Source of the DNA: Podarcis bocagei
Taxonomy: Eukaryota
Length of the DNA stretch: 64,000 nt
Direction: 5' to 3' (one strand)
Assembly: GCA_964188305.1 (NCBI GenBank)
Contig: OZ076892.1
Below the pieces are notes generated by a model, which was not told the DNA's origin, did not search any database, and worked only from the letters and a program-made list of their open reading frames with translations. Below, piece after piece: positions 13,501 to 25,200 of this stretch. Position 1 is the first letter of the stretch. The number at the start of each line of letters is the position of its first letter. Both the position numbers and the translations under genes were made by a program.

Positions 13501-16154
13501 TTTGAGTCCCACGCCTTTGAGTCCCGTCCCCCCCCGTCCCCCGTTGTTGCAACAATCCCTGGGGCTCGATCCTGGCCATCCCTTCCTCAAGGCTTCTCCC
13601 GCTAGGAGCCCCGGACTCCAAGGCACGAGCTCTCCAAGGTTGTGGGAGCTAAGATTTGCAAGGGCCTGGTTGTAGAGCCCCAGTGGGGGAGCCCCCAGTG
13701 CAGGGACCATCATTGCCCGAGTGGTAGAAGATCCTGGAAGGACTTTGTGGCAATTTGGGAGACAGCGAAATATTCCAGAAGATGCTGGAAAGCGTCTCCA
13801 GCAGAGAGGCGCTGGGATTCGAGCTTCCATAAAGATTTAAGCTAGGACCCTGAGTTCTCATTCCTGTTTGAAGGTACCTGTGGACAGCTTCACAACAGTC
13901 AGAAAAGGCCCTTTTGCCATGCTCAGAGGCATAGCTTCCTTCACCTGTCAGGCTTTCCCAGCTAGAGATGAGTGCCCACTTGCTAAGGTTTTAGACTAGT
14001 TTTAAATTTATTTGTGGTTTTTGTGTGGTTTTAGCTCACTTTTAAATATCTTATGTGTAAATTACCTTGAGGTGGGGATTTAGAACATGATTAATAAATC
14101 AGTGATGATGATATTAATAACAAAGACACAAAACCCTAATCAAATCAGAAGATCCACAGACTTTTTTTAATTTAAAAAACCAGAATGCCAAAAACATTAT
14201 TTAAAGGTCACTTGTATTTCTTCTTAAAATATTAATGCTCTTTAATCAGTTTTCCAATGAATAGGCTAAAAACAGGTACTTGGGTAATATGAATCCACAG
14301 CTATAATATATGCAGGTAAGTGTGTTATGGAATCAATAGTTGGCAAAAGGCTGAAGGACTTTGTGTCCAGTTTGGGCCATGAAAATGGGCTCTTAGCAGG
14401 CTCAAGGCCTTTACAAGAATCATATGAGGGATGAGGAACATTGTGGCCCTTTGGGTGCTCTTGGACTTCCAACTCCCATCAGCCTCCCAGTGCAATCAAT
14501 GACCTGGGCTGCTGGAAGTTGTAGTCCATCTACATCTGGAGAAAGCCCACAGTCTCCCCAAGCCCTGGATCAGACAAATTCATGAAGGAAGAGCTGCCTG
14601 CCTGTGACTGTTGTTGGCCACAATCACTACATGAAAACCTCCATGTGCAAAGGTAGTCTGCCTCTGAATATTGGTTGCTAGGGTGGCAAGCAACTGGGGT
14701 GAGGGCAGGGAATGGCCCATTGCTTTCTGCCTCACTTATCTGCTTCCTAGAAGCATCCAGGGGATTGTCTTGGGAATCAGGAATCAGGAAACTGTTCTAG
14801 AATGACAGAACCATTTAAATAAATCACACCAGGGAGAGAGCGGGTGACACCACCACTATGCCAATAGAATGGCCTCCATATAATATACTCAGCCAGGTGT
14901 GAGGCAAACCACATAGACAACAAAGCATGAATGATAGCTAAACCATCCTGTGGCACAGTCAGCAATAACCAAGGCCGCAGCAGGAGTGGTTAAGATTTTA
15001 GTGTTTTACTGTATTTGTATGCTGCTCAGAACACCCAGCATGGGTGGAAGAGGCTGGATATCAATAAATATAAACAAATATTTAACTGTGAGCCTAGCTA
15101 GTTTAGCACCGTCTACTCCTCTCCAGGATTTCAGAGAGAAATCTCTCCCAAGCCCTTCCTAGAGATGGTGGGAAGGTAAGTGACTCTCAGGGCTGTGCAA
15201 AGAGCAAGGCTGTTGCTCCTATAATGTTCACATTGCTTCAGTTGCCTGAAGAGATTACACCCTCCAAGTGGGCAGGAATGGGCTGAAGAGAGTGTGCGTA
15301 GAAACTAGCTTTGTGCATGAAATTCATTGCACTGCCCACTTTTGCCTCAGGCCCCACCCACCCCTAGCATGTGGCCCTTGGAAAGTTCCCCACAAGGGCA
15401 TGCAGCCCTCAGGCTAAGAGAGGTTCCCAGTGCCTGTTTTAAAGGTCTCTACGGAGATCCTGACAGGAGAACCAGGAGAGTGCCTTTTCATGGCAGGCTG
15501 AGCTTTCCTTATTTGGGCACAGAGGTGACACCTGAGGCCTCTCTGTGGCACAATATCCTGATGGAGCTCAGCTTTCATCAGGTTGCTACCTGCCAACTAT
15601 ATTTCCAGAGAAAGCATCCGACTTCCTCTCCCACACCTTCTGATCTGCATTTCCTTGTCCATGAAAGCAGGCTGGATGGGCCGGAATGCAAACAGAAGGT
15701 GCTTCTTTCTCCCCTCAGCAGGCCAGAGGGAGCGGTTTCGGTTGTTTTGTATGCAATCCCTCCCTTCCCCCACCAGGGCCTGTCCGTTGGTTCATGAGTG
15801 ATTCCATCCCTTTGGCATTTGCAAACGCAGCCTTGATCTCCTTTTGCTCACAGCCCACGAGTCGGCTGTTCGTTCCGGCTCATCCATGCATGGCTGGCAG
15901 GATAAGCTGGGAGGTTTCCAGGTCCCTTTCCTCCCAACCCCCACTGGGCCACTGCAAGGCCTCCATGCAGCCGCCAACTAAATGTCCTTCAGGTGCTTCG
16001 GACTACAACTCCCATCAGCCCCAGTCAGTATGGCCACATGATGCTAACGGGAACAGCTGCATTGGCAGGGGCTGGTGGAAGTTGTAGTCCAAAACATCTG
16101 GAGGGAAAGGCTGCTTTGATGACAGGGTTGAACTGCAGTCTCAACATGAAGGTG

Positions 16155-16290
16155 GGAGCCAGTGTGGTGTAGTGGTTAGAGCATTGGATTAGGACTTGGG
16201 AGACCGGGGTACAAATCTCCACTTGGCCATGAAGCTTACCATGTGACCTTGGGCAAGTCCTTGCTACAGGCATCCCTCTTTCAACCAACC
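16155..16290 (+). mobile_element. Old tRNA-derived (MIR/CORE-like) SINE
   Basis: gggagccagtgtggtgtagtggttagagc…gtgaccttgggcaagtc; similar remnants at about 40-160 (minus) and 10700-10850. Confidence 0.6.
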
Positions 16291-16718
16291 TTTCAAAAAT
16301 CCTTATCCCAGTGGTTATCTGTCCTCGATCTGAACTGATGCTGTTATTTTAAACTGTATAGTTATTGTTGCTTTTAAAAATTCCTTTAATATGCAATTGT
16401 TTTTGACTGTCAATTCACCCTGGAAATAGCAATGAGGTCCTTACCCTTGGACGTGCCTGGTTATTATCATTTGCAGTAGTAGTATTAAAATTATTTATTT
16501 TCTTATTACCCACCCTTCACCAGCACTGTGAGATGTTTTAGTTATGTCCAATAACTTGGAGAAGACACTCTGAAGCTTCCCATTCTCCCTGCTCTCTCCC
16601 CCAGCCTTGCTCTGTATAGTGACTGAGGCAGCTTGCACTTAAAGCTAAAAATTATAGAAATCATAGAATTGTTAAGTTGGAAGGGTTCCTGAGGGTCATC
16701 TAGTCCAACCCCCTGCAA

Positions 16719-16858
16719 NNNNNNNNNNNNNNNNNNNNNNNNNNNNNNNNNNNNNNNNNNNNNNNNNNNNNNNNNNNNNNNNNNNNNNNNNNNNNNNNNN
16801 NNNNNNNNNNNNNNNNNNNNNNNNNNNNNNNNNNNNNNNNNNNNNNNNNNNNNNNNNN
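16719..16858. other. Assembly gap (140 N)
   Basis: Run of N, flanked by a CR1-type tail fragment and a Sauria SINE. Confidence 1.
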
Positions 16859-16881
16859 ACCATGATATTCCAGGAGGGTTA

Positions 16882-17238
16882 AAGGTAAAGGTAAAGGGAC
16901 CCCTGACCATTAGGTCCAGTCGTGGCCGACTCTGGGATTGCAGCACTCATCTTGCTTTACTGGCCGAGGGAGCCGGCGTACAGCTTCCGGGTCATGTGGC
17001 CAGCATGACTAAGCCGCTTCTGGCAAACCAGAGCAGTGCATGGAAACGCCGTTTACCTTCCCACCGGAGCGGTACCTATTTATCTACTTGCACTTTGACA
17101 TGCTTTCGAACTGCTAGGTTGGCAGGAGCAGGAACCAAGCAACGGGAGCTCACCCCGTCGCGGGGATTCAAACCGCCAACCTTCTGATCGGCAAGTCCTA
17201 GGCTCTGTGGTTTAACCCACAGCGCCACCCGTGTCCCT
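16882..17238 (-). mobile_element. Sauria SINE
   Basis: Same core as the 4561 copy; 14-bp target-site duplication TTCCAGGAGGGTTA at 16868-16881 and 17239-17252. Confidence 0.88.
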
Positions 17239-18339
17239 TTCCAGGAGGGTTAGAACAACTTAAAATAAGTTAAGGCAACTGCGCTCAAGAGCTAAGGTGG
17301 GTCCTAAAACTTGTATCCTCAACCGGTAGCTTGGCCAGTGAGCTGCATCTTCAGTACAGGAGGAAAGCTGCATAAAGGTGGTGCCAGGTGGGGAGGGATT
17401 TCCACAGCTTTGGGGCTGCCATAAAGAACTGGGCGGGTGATGGAACTACCAAGAGGCCCCCCCCCCGCCAATCTTAATGTCCAAGAGGGTGCAAATATAA
17501 GGTGGCTGTGCTTCAGATACTGGAGCCTAAGTCGCTGAGGGCTAAATAAGGGAACGAACTGCTTCCACATAACGGCATTAGCAGGTAAATGGATCAGGCA
17601 GACCTGGAACTGCAATTTCATTTGTGCAAAGCCAAACCCTCTTCGCCCCTCCTGGTATCATGCATGGTGAATAGCGAGCGGGGTCACTCACTGCCCCCAT
17701 CTCCTTCTTTTATCACAAGTGCATTTTCAGCCTCTGTGATATGTTCTGAAGGAGTGAGGTCTGTGGCAAGTCTTTGCACAGCCAAGCCATCTGCTTCCCA
17801 TCTTGGAGAGCAATTGGGCTCCAAAGGACAGTACGTGGGGGGGGGGGTTAATTTAAAAAACACACACCAAAACACCAAAAACTTATTGTATTTATATCTC
17901 ACCTATTTCTCTAGGGAGGTTAAGGTAGTATAAACCTTTTAAGTGGGGATGTTTATCCCAGTCTGCATCTCTACTGGAACTATTTTTAAACACGGAATTG
18001 TGTTGTTGTTTTTTAAATGTGCATTGTTTTATGTAGGGAACTGTTCTGTTTGTTTTGTAATTGTATGTTTTATTGTTGCGAGGCAACTTGGAGCCTTGTG
18101 GTAAAGGACGGTCAAGAAATCGAATTAATTAATTAAATACTGTTGTTGTTGTAAGGCGGGGAAATACAATTAATATGCTTTGCCATTGGAATTTGATCCA
18201 TAAAACAAAAACCAACCCCCCCCCACCCATACATAGAGATACTAGGTTATTGCAGGAGACTCCAAGGCCCAGCAGACCTTCTGAGGAAGAGCAGACTGAG
18301 AGAAAAACTCTTTGACATACTTTGTCTTTTCTTGTTGAA

Positions 18340-19290
18340 TGTTCCTAGGAATAGTAGAAAGATAAGAAACAAAGGTTTGGGGAACAGATATCACAAATGG
18401 AGAGAGATCCGTTGGAATGTAATGTTAAAGTGCTGTCTAAAATGTATAAGTTATTATTGGACTGGGAAACAAAGGATGGGCAAGTAAAATCTTCAGTGAT
18501 ACATTGGGCAATAGATATTGGTTATAATATAGATATGGAAGCATGGGAACAATTGTGGAACACGCATATAAAATTTACAGCATGCTATGGTTTCAGAGAA
18601 AACTATATGAAAATGTTATATAGAATGTATCTAACACTGAGTAAACTGGCAAAAATATATAAATCAAAATCAAATAAGTGTTGGAAATGCAAAGAGAAAG
18701 AAGGTACTTTCTATCATATGTGGTGGTCCTGGCTAAAGCTTGCTGGGAAATGATATATAATGAATTGAAAAAGATGTTTAAAATAACATTTGTAAAAATA
18801 AAATAAAAACAGAAGCTTTCCTTCTGGGAATTATAGGGGTCGAACTACCTAAACAGTATAGAAATTTATTTATGTATGCGACTACAGCGGCAAGAATGTT
18901 ATTAGCCCAAAAATGGAAAGAAGAAGTCCCAATGAAAGACGACTGGATACAAAAACTCATGGGCTATGCAGAAATGGCAAAACTTACTGGAAAAATAAGA
19001 AATCAAGACAACAAACTTTTTATAAAAGAATGGAAATGGTTTACTGAATATGTACAAATAAATTGCATACAAATAAGGACATTGGCAGGATTATTGTAAT
19101 GACCTGCAGCTTCATAAGAGTAAATAATTCAAGCAGATGAATAAAAGAATCAGAATATGCAGGAAATAATAAATAGAAATTTAAGGAACCATAGAAAGAG
19201 GAGGAAGTCGAGTTTTGAAATGTTAAAATATTAAAATGCCTGTAAAACTATTGAAATGTATATAACTGAAAATTACAAAAAAAATAATTA
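18340..19290 (+). mobile_element. 5'-truncated L1/Tx1-type LINE, ORF2 C-terminus (degenerate)
   Basis: AT-rich. Zinc-knuckle KCWKCKEKEGTFYHMWWS and TAARMLLAQKWK motif in broken frames; A-rich 3' end. Confidence 0.8.
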
Positions 19291-19599
19291 AATGTTCCTG
19301 GGAATAGTGTGGGATCATCCCCTATTCAATCTGCCTCATCTGTGACTCAACAAAGGAGTCACAGGAGAAGATGTTCAACTGAACAGAGTTATCCTTCCCT
19401 CTCCTTCCCTTCCTTCCTCTCTGTCTCTCCTCCTTCCTCCTCTTTTTCCAAATTTGATGCCCCGCCTGGATTTCCTCTCTGGTCAGCGTGAAGAAACCTC
19501 CAGGAACAAAGAAGTCTAATAAAAGGATGTACCCACATTTTTTGAAAAGTATAATTTATGGAACATAATTTATTCAATTTACAGTATATGGGATTATTA

Positions 19600-20440
19600 T
19601 TTACCTCATATATCTGAAATTTGTCCTACAGTGTGGAATGGGTTTCTGTTGCTTAAGCTTACCGTAATTTGTTCCCACATATCGTAACACATTATTAGTA
19701 ACTTCTTAGGATTAGCTCCAAGACTCCCTATTCCCCCCCTCAAATTTATCTAATTCTAATTTAAGCATTGATAAAGCTTTCCATTAATTAGATTACATGC
19801 ATACCATATAACCAGCACAGACGCTTAATAAATCCCCAGTAACCCTTCATACGTGGGCTTAGATGTAGTGCAATTGCTAATGGTTACAGGGAAAGGGGGG
19901 AGAATAGGGGAACAAGAGGCAACCTCAATTTGCTCTCCTATGAATGTGAATAGGGTTTTAATTCATGTCGTTTGTGCGGACAGAGGCCTAATGAAAGGTG
20001 ATGACAGGCACAGCATCTCTTCCTGGTTTTGGTATAACAATTATTTCTGATGTGGACCAAGCACTTTGGAAGGATACCACTCCTCAAAACGTCATTTAAC
20101 AGCAAAATTAAAGAAGGCATTAAAGTCTCCTGAAAAGCTTTATCAAAAGCGCTACCAAAGCCGTCTGGTCCTGGTGTTGCTTTATGCCCCATTTGAATTC
20201 CTGAGTGATGTTGGATCTTGAGTGTAAGTACCAGCTTATTTTTTGCTAATGGCATGTCTTCATTGGCAGACATTGCTTGGCATATTTCGTCAGTGGCGTA
20301 TCTCAAGTTCCACTGGCCTTGGGAGGCTTCTGACAAATCCTATGGCCACTTGGCCAGCAAAACCGAAGTAAATGATTTGGAATTTTGCTTGTTCTTCTAC
20401 TTCCTCTTTCCTTTCATGCCTCTTAATTTATAAGCATAAG
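19600..20440 (-). mobile_element. Degenerate L1-type LINE fragment (ORF2, start of RT region)
   Basis: KATPGPDGFGSAFDKAFQETLMPSLILLLNDVLRSGILP resembles the K.PGPDG motif before the LINE RT domain; frame is disrupted. Confidence 0.7.
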
Positions 20441-22200
20441 AGAAAGGACTGCTCCTTCTAAAATCTTCATAAAAATGTGGAGAAAATTGTAGGACCAATA
20501 AATAATAACAATTTAATCTTTATTACACTTACACCCTGCCTTTCTTTCAATTCTTCTTCTTTATTCCATTACTATTTAAAATTAAGATGACAGGAATAAT
20601 AATAATACCTTACTTGTTTTGCATTGGCCTGGAGAAGTGCTTCCACCAGATCACCCAGTCTGGGGTCTTTTACTTAAATACCACTCTGGTGGTCAAAGTG
20701 GGTGAGTAAGTAGAGGCTGAAACCTTTCTGTATACTCACAGTGCCCTCTTGTGGTGGCCAAGTGCAGCGCTTCTGCCAACCATGTTAGCTTGAAACCAGT
20801 TTATAATATAAAGCAACAAACCTCGTTCAGAAGTTGAATGGTGGGCAGCCGTTCTTTGTGCACCGATGTGGAAAACCTCTGCTGCTGCTATCTGCACATC
20901 AGCTTGCTGTTAACAACTTCATGGAGAAATCTCTGCTATGGGGATTTAAAGACAACGTCAAGACAAATGAGGACCAGATCCTGGTTAGTCTTTCGATATA
21001 ATACAGTGGTGCTCATGTGTGAGTGTCTGCCTCCTTCTACTTACTCTTGCAGCACTTTCTCATGTTCCAGGAGAGCACCTTCCTCCAGGGCTAGGGTCTC
21101 GGTCACAGGAGGGTAAAAAGCCTTTACCAAGACACTTAGCCCAGAGGGCAGAGTTCCATAGGTCCAGCAGACAGAATCTGTCTAGGTCCAACATGCGATG
21201 TAGAAGCAAAGTCAGGAAATGGTCCACAGGGAGTTCAGGGGGGGTGGGGGTGCCAAAGCCAGGAACAAGGAGCCAGAGATCTGTGTTATTTCTGGCAACT
21301 GAAAGGCTCAAAGGGCAGGAGAGGGGTCTTATATACTCTGGCCTCCTAAACCACTCTCTAACCACAAATGCTGGCAGTGAAGGAGCATCAAGGCTTTCAC
21401 ATTCACAAGTAGACTGGGGGCCTGGTTCTATAAAGGCAAGCTGTATCGTTGCTCTTCAATCTGGACCAAAAGCTTTTGGCACCGGTGCTCTTGAGGACTG
21501 GGGCGGGGCAGGGGGCGCTTTCACCTCTTCTGACGGCTCCAAGGGTTCTTAAGCAGGTATCTCACCAGGGGCCCTCCTCATCACTTGTTCCAGGAGCCTC
21601 TGCCTGCTCCTCAAGGCCCTCAACCTGTGGGGCACCTGGTTTGCCTTCTGAGGAAGCTATGTCTGCCATGAGGTCAGGACTAGGCATGGCACTCTCCTGC
21701 TACTGTGAAAGGGGGACTGGACAGACCCTCCTCTGTTTCTGCACAAGGAAAATGGCTTCCTCTGTTTTCACAACAACACCCTCCTCCGCTCCATGTTTTA
21801 TTGCAAATTTCTGCTCTGAATCAAAACAAAGGGCAAAAGGCCATAAAACTGAGCTCTGATATTCGAAAGAGCTTCAGAGGCTTGAGTCCTGAGAATACCT
21901 GCTCCCAAATGAACCCTTACCCTGCCAGAATAAATGAGACTTGCACAATGGAGGGCAGTGCCACCTGCGAGAGATGTTCCTAGGGCACAAGCACACGCCC
22001 TTCACTTGGTCCCACATGCTGAATCAACTGTGGCCTGCTTCCATGTGGTGTGTCAAAATACTCCAGGCTTGCCAATTTGCCCTTAACCCTTCCCCCAAAG
22101 GGACTTGCCAGGCAGACTTTGCTCTAGCTTAAGTTACCTGGGTTGCCATCCCTTTGCCAGAGTTTTGCAGAAGGCAAGGAGCAAGAGCTGAAGCAGGACA

Positions 22201-25200
22201 ATGTGCTTCTTTAGGGTCAGCCTCCTGCTCTTCCTGGTTCTTCACTCTCAGGTAGGATTGTCCTCCAAAGAGCAAGCGAAGCGGGGCAAGTATCTTTGGT
22301 GTTGTAGAAGGATCTTCTTGGCATTAATGGTGGAGGGGCTGGGTTAAGTGTTTTGTAGGTGCAGAAGAGGTACCAACACATGAACCCACTTGATCACACC
22401 AGGCCAGGCTCTTCGTCCAACTAGTGTTTATTAGTAGCAATTCCCCAAGGCTCCAGGCAGTGATTTTGCTGTGCTGCTGAAACCAGAAATCCTTAAGGAT
22501 GGCAGCGGCTGGGTTTGAATCTGGGAATTCCTGCATGCAAAGTACAGGTGCTGTCCCCCAGCTGTGTTGCCATGGCCTTGTGGAAGAGCTGGGGTGTGGG
22601 GATAAAGATGAAGAGGAGCATGAACAGAGTGTGGGGGAGATGTGACCACCGAGTGAGCATGGGAAGGTTACTGGGCTGAGGAAGGTTTCATAATATTGGG
22701 CTTGTGTCTCTCTACACTGTACTCTGCTGGCAGCATAGTTGTTCAAAGCAAATAGGTTTCGAGAAAATAAGAGCAGTTGACAATGTTCCAAACTAATGTT
22801 GAATCAGCAAACATGCATTTCCTTTAAAAACAACCACCAGGGAGCACAAACCTTTAAACTGTAAACAGGGACCTTGAATCTTCCATGGGCTGCAAAGCAT
22901 CTAGCCTTGGAGAGGGATCAGATAACACAAATAAGGCTAGCCCAAGGGGTCAACAAGATGTTGGCCATGGGTGTGGGAGCCGTGGCAAGGCCTCTTGGCC
23001 CATCTCTCCTTTATCAGCTCTACCCTTGAATACTGCTCAATAGAGGCTGCAAAACAGACTGGTTGCTACCTGTGGCAGGAAGTGAAAGGACTTCAGGTAA
23101 ATAACAATAATGCAAACCCAATACTGACATTTAAGATAGAAGGAAGATACTCTTGACATAGAGGTGTGTCCAGATTCCAGGACGTGTCTTCCTTCACATG
23201 TTCCAGGATGGAATTCTGAGGTCCAGCACTGTCCTGTCCCGAGATCCCTACAAATCTTAAGGAGTGCCAAACTTGTCTTCACATAGAAGACGCCATGGGA
23301 TTGGGCTCTGAATGAGGGTTTTTTTAAAAAATAATGCAACTCTCTTTCCCCCTTGCAGGTCTCATTCCTATTTGCTTGGGCAGAAGTGCTGACCTTTCCA
23401 GAATCCAGACTTGATCTGAAGAGGCAGAAAAGGGATTTGCAACTTCTGCCTCCAATATTGGTCATGGAGAATGGCATCGGTCCCTACCCCAAGCGTCTGC
23501 TGCAGGTATAGACAGAGAGGGCAACTGCCTCTTTCTCTTCATGTGCCTTGAACAGCTCAGAACCACTATGCTTGGAGGACTTCTTTTCCTCCTATGAACC
23601 TGCTCAGAATCCCTCTCTGTGTTCTACCTCTGAGGGAGGCATAGAGGGAGGCAACAAGAAAACAGACCTTCTCAGTTTTGACATGTTCATTTGCTACCAG
23701 GCAGGTAAAGATGGCATGACTTTCTACAGTGTCACTGGGACTGGTGCAGACAGACCTCCTCAAGGTATCTTCATCCTTGAAAGAGAGACAGGCTGGCTGA
23801 TGGTGACCATGCCATTGGACAGAGAGACCAAAGACAAATACATTGTAAGTCCCTTTGTGCTAGCTTCTGCCACCCTGGAACCTCCCAGCACCTCTTAAAA
23901 CTGCCTTTGCCAACCTGGTGCCTTCCAGATCCTTTGGACTACTGCTGCCATCAGCCCAAGCATCATATAGCTGTGCTGGCTGGAGCTGATGGGACTCGTA
24001 GTTCAAAACTGCTGGAGAGCACCAGGTTGAGGAAGGCTGCTACGTGTTATGGGGCAGGGAAAGAGTGGAAATCACATGTTTGCTGCTGCTTTATGTCAGC
24101 TTTTGGGGAATCCCCGGGAAGCAATAGTATTAGCAACCATTATTTATGGGAAGGAGGAGAAAGTTCAGCTTAGTTTCATTTCTGAATTCTCAGCATACAG
24201 TATCTAAATACTTTTTAGCCCCTAATGTAAATTCCTGGGTGCTCTCGGTGTGAAGAGAAGGGCAGCTCTACACTCTTGTGGGAAGGTGTCTGGGAGGGTG
24301 AGAGGCAGCTTTGGGGAGTGTCTCAATTGCTACCCTGCTTGCTCTGCAGCTCTTTCTTCACGCTGTAAGTGCAACTGGGCAGCCTGTGGGGAACCGCACA
24401 GAGATCGTCATCAAGGTGCTTGATCAGAATGACAACAAGCCCCGTTTTACCCAGAGCATCTTCCATGGCTCCATAGCAGAAGGAGCCCCGCCAGGTACGT
24501 GTCTGTCTGTCTGGTTGCACATGCATGAACGAACTGACTGTATGGAAACCCCTAATATTTGCCTCTGAATGCCCATATCCTTTGGCCATTCTTTATGGAA
24601 GGAGAACCCACAGGGGGAGGGGGTATAATATTGTGTGCAAAACCCAGGCCCCTAACTGTGCTTTTTTCTACCTGTATGGCCTGGGCAGTCACTACTGAGC
24701 CCACCATAACTTGCGGACTGGCATAAAGGCAGTGCAGATCGCACCCAGCTGCTGCAGTTTGCAGAGGCTAAGAGGTAATTTTGGAGCTGTCTGGGGCAGA
24801 GTCAATTTGACCTCCAAGCTGGGATGATCTGGCTATGTTGCGGGTATGTGTGTGATGCACTTCAGAAGCTGAACTTTGGACCTTTGTGGCACACGCACCC
24901 AGGTACCTTTGTGACACAAGTATCAGCCACTGACATGGATGACGCTGTGAATTCCTACAATGGGGTAATCACCTACTCCCTCGCTATCCAGACCCCCACA
25001 AAGCCACAGAGCCAAATGTTTGCCATCGATAATAAAACAGGGGTCATCAGCTTGAACAAACCAGGACTTGACAGAACGGTAAGTGGCTGGGTCCTGGCTG
25101 TGTAGGGAGAGGGCATGATTAATGATGCTAATTTCCCCTTTGAGGCAACCCTTGGCTCTGCTGCTGTGCTTTACTCCTAGTGGAAACACTGGGCCATAAG

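Noticed and set aside
18397-19099. 118-aa and 75-aa ORFs as host genes
   Set aside because: Broken pieces of LINE ORF2.
21019-21552. 177-aa ORF with a signal-peptide-like start (MSVCLLLLTLAALS)
   Set aside because: Starts at GTG within a GTGAGT donor-like site, the hydrophobic run is a pyrimidine tract, and the rest resembles no protein I recognise. The ATG exon at 22201-22251 fits the cadherin exon-1 size and phase better.
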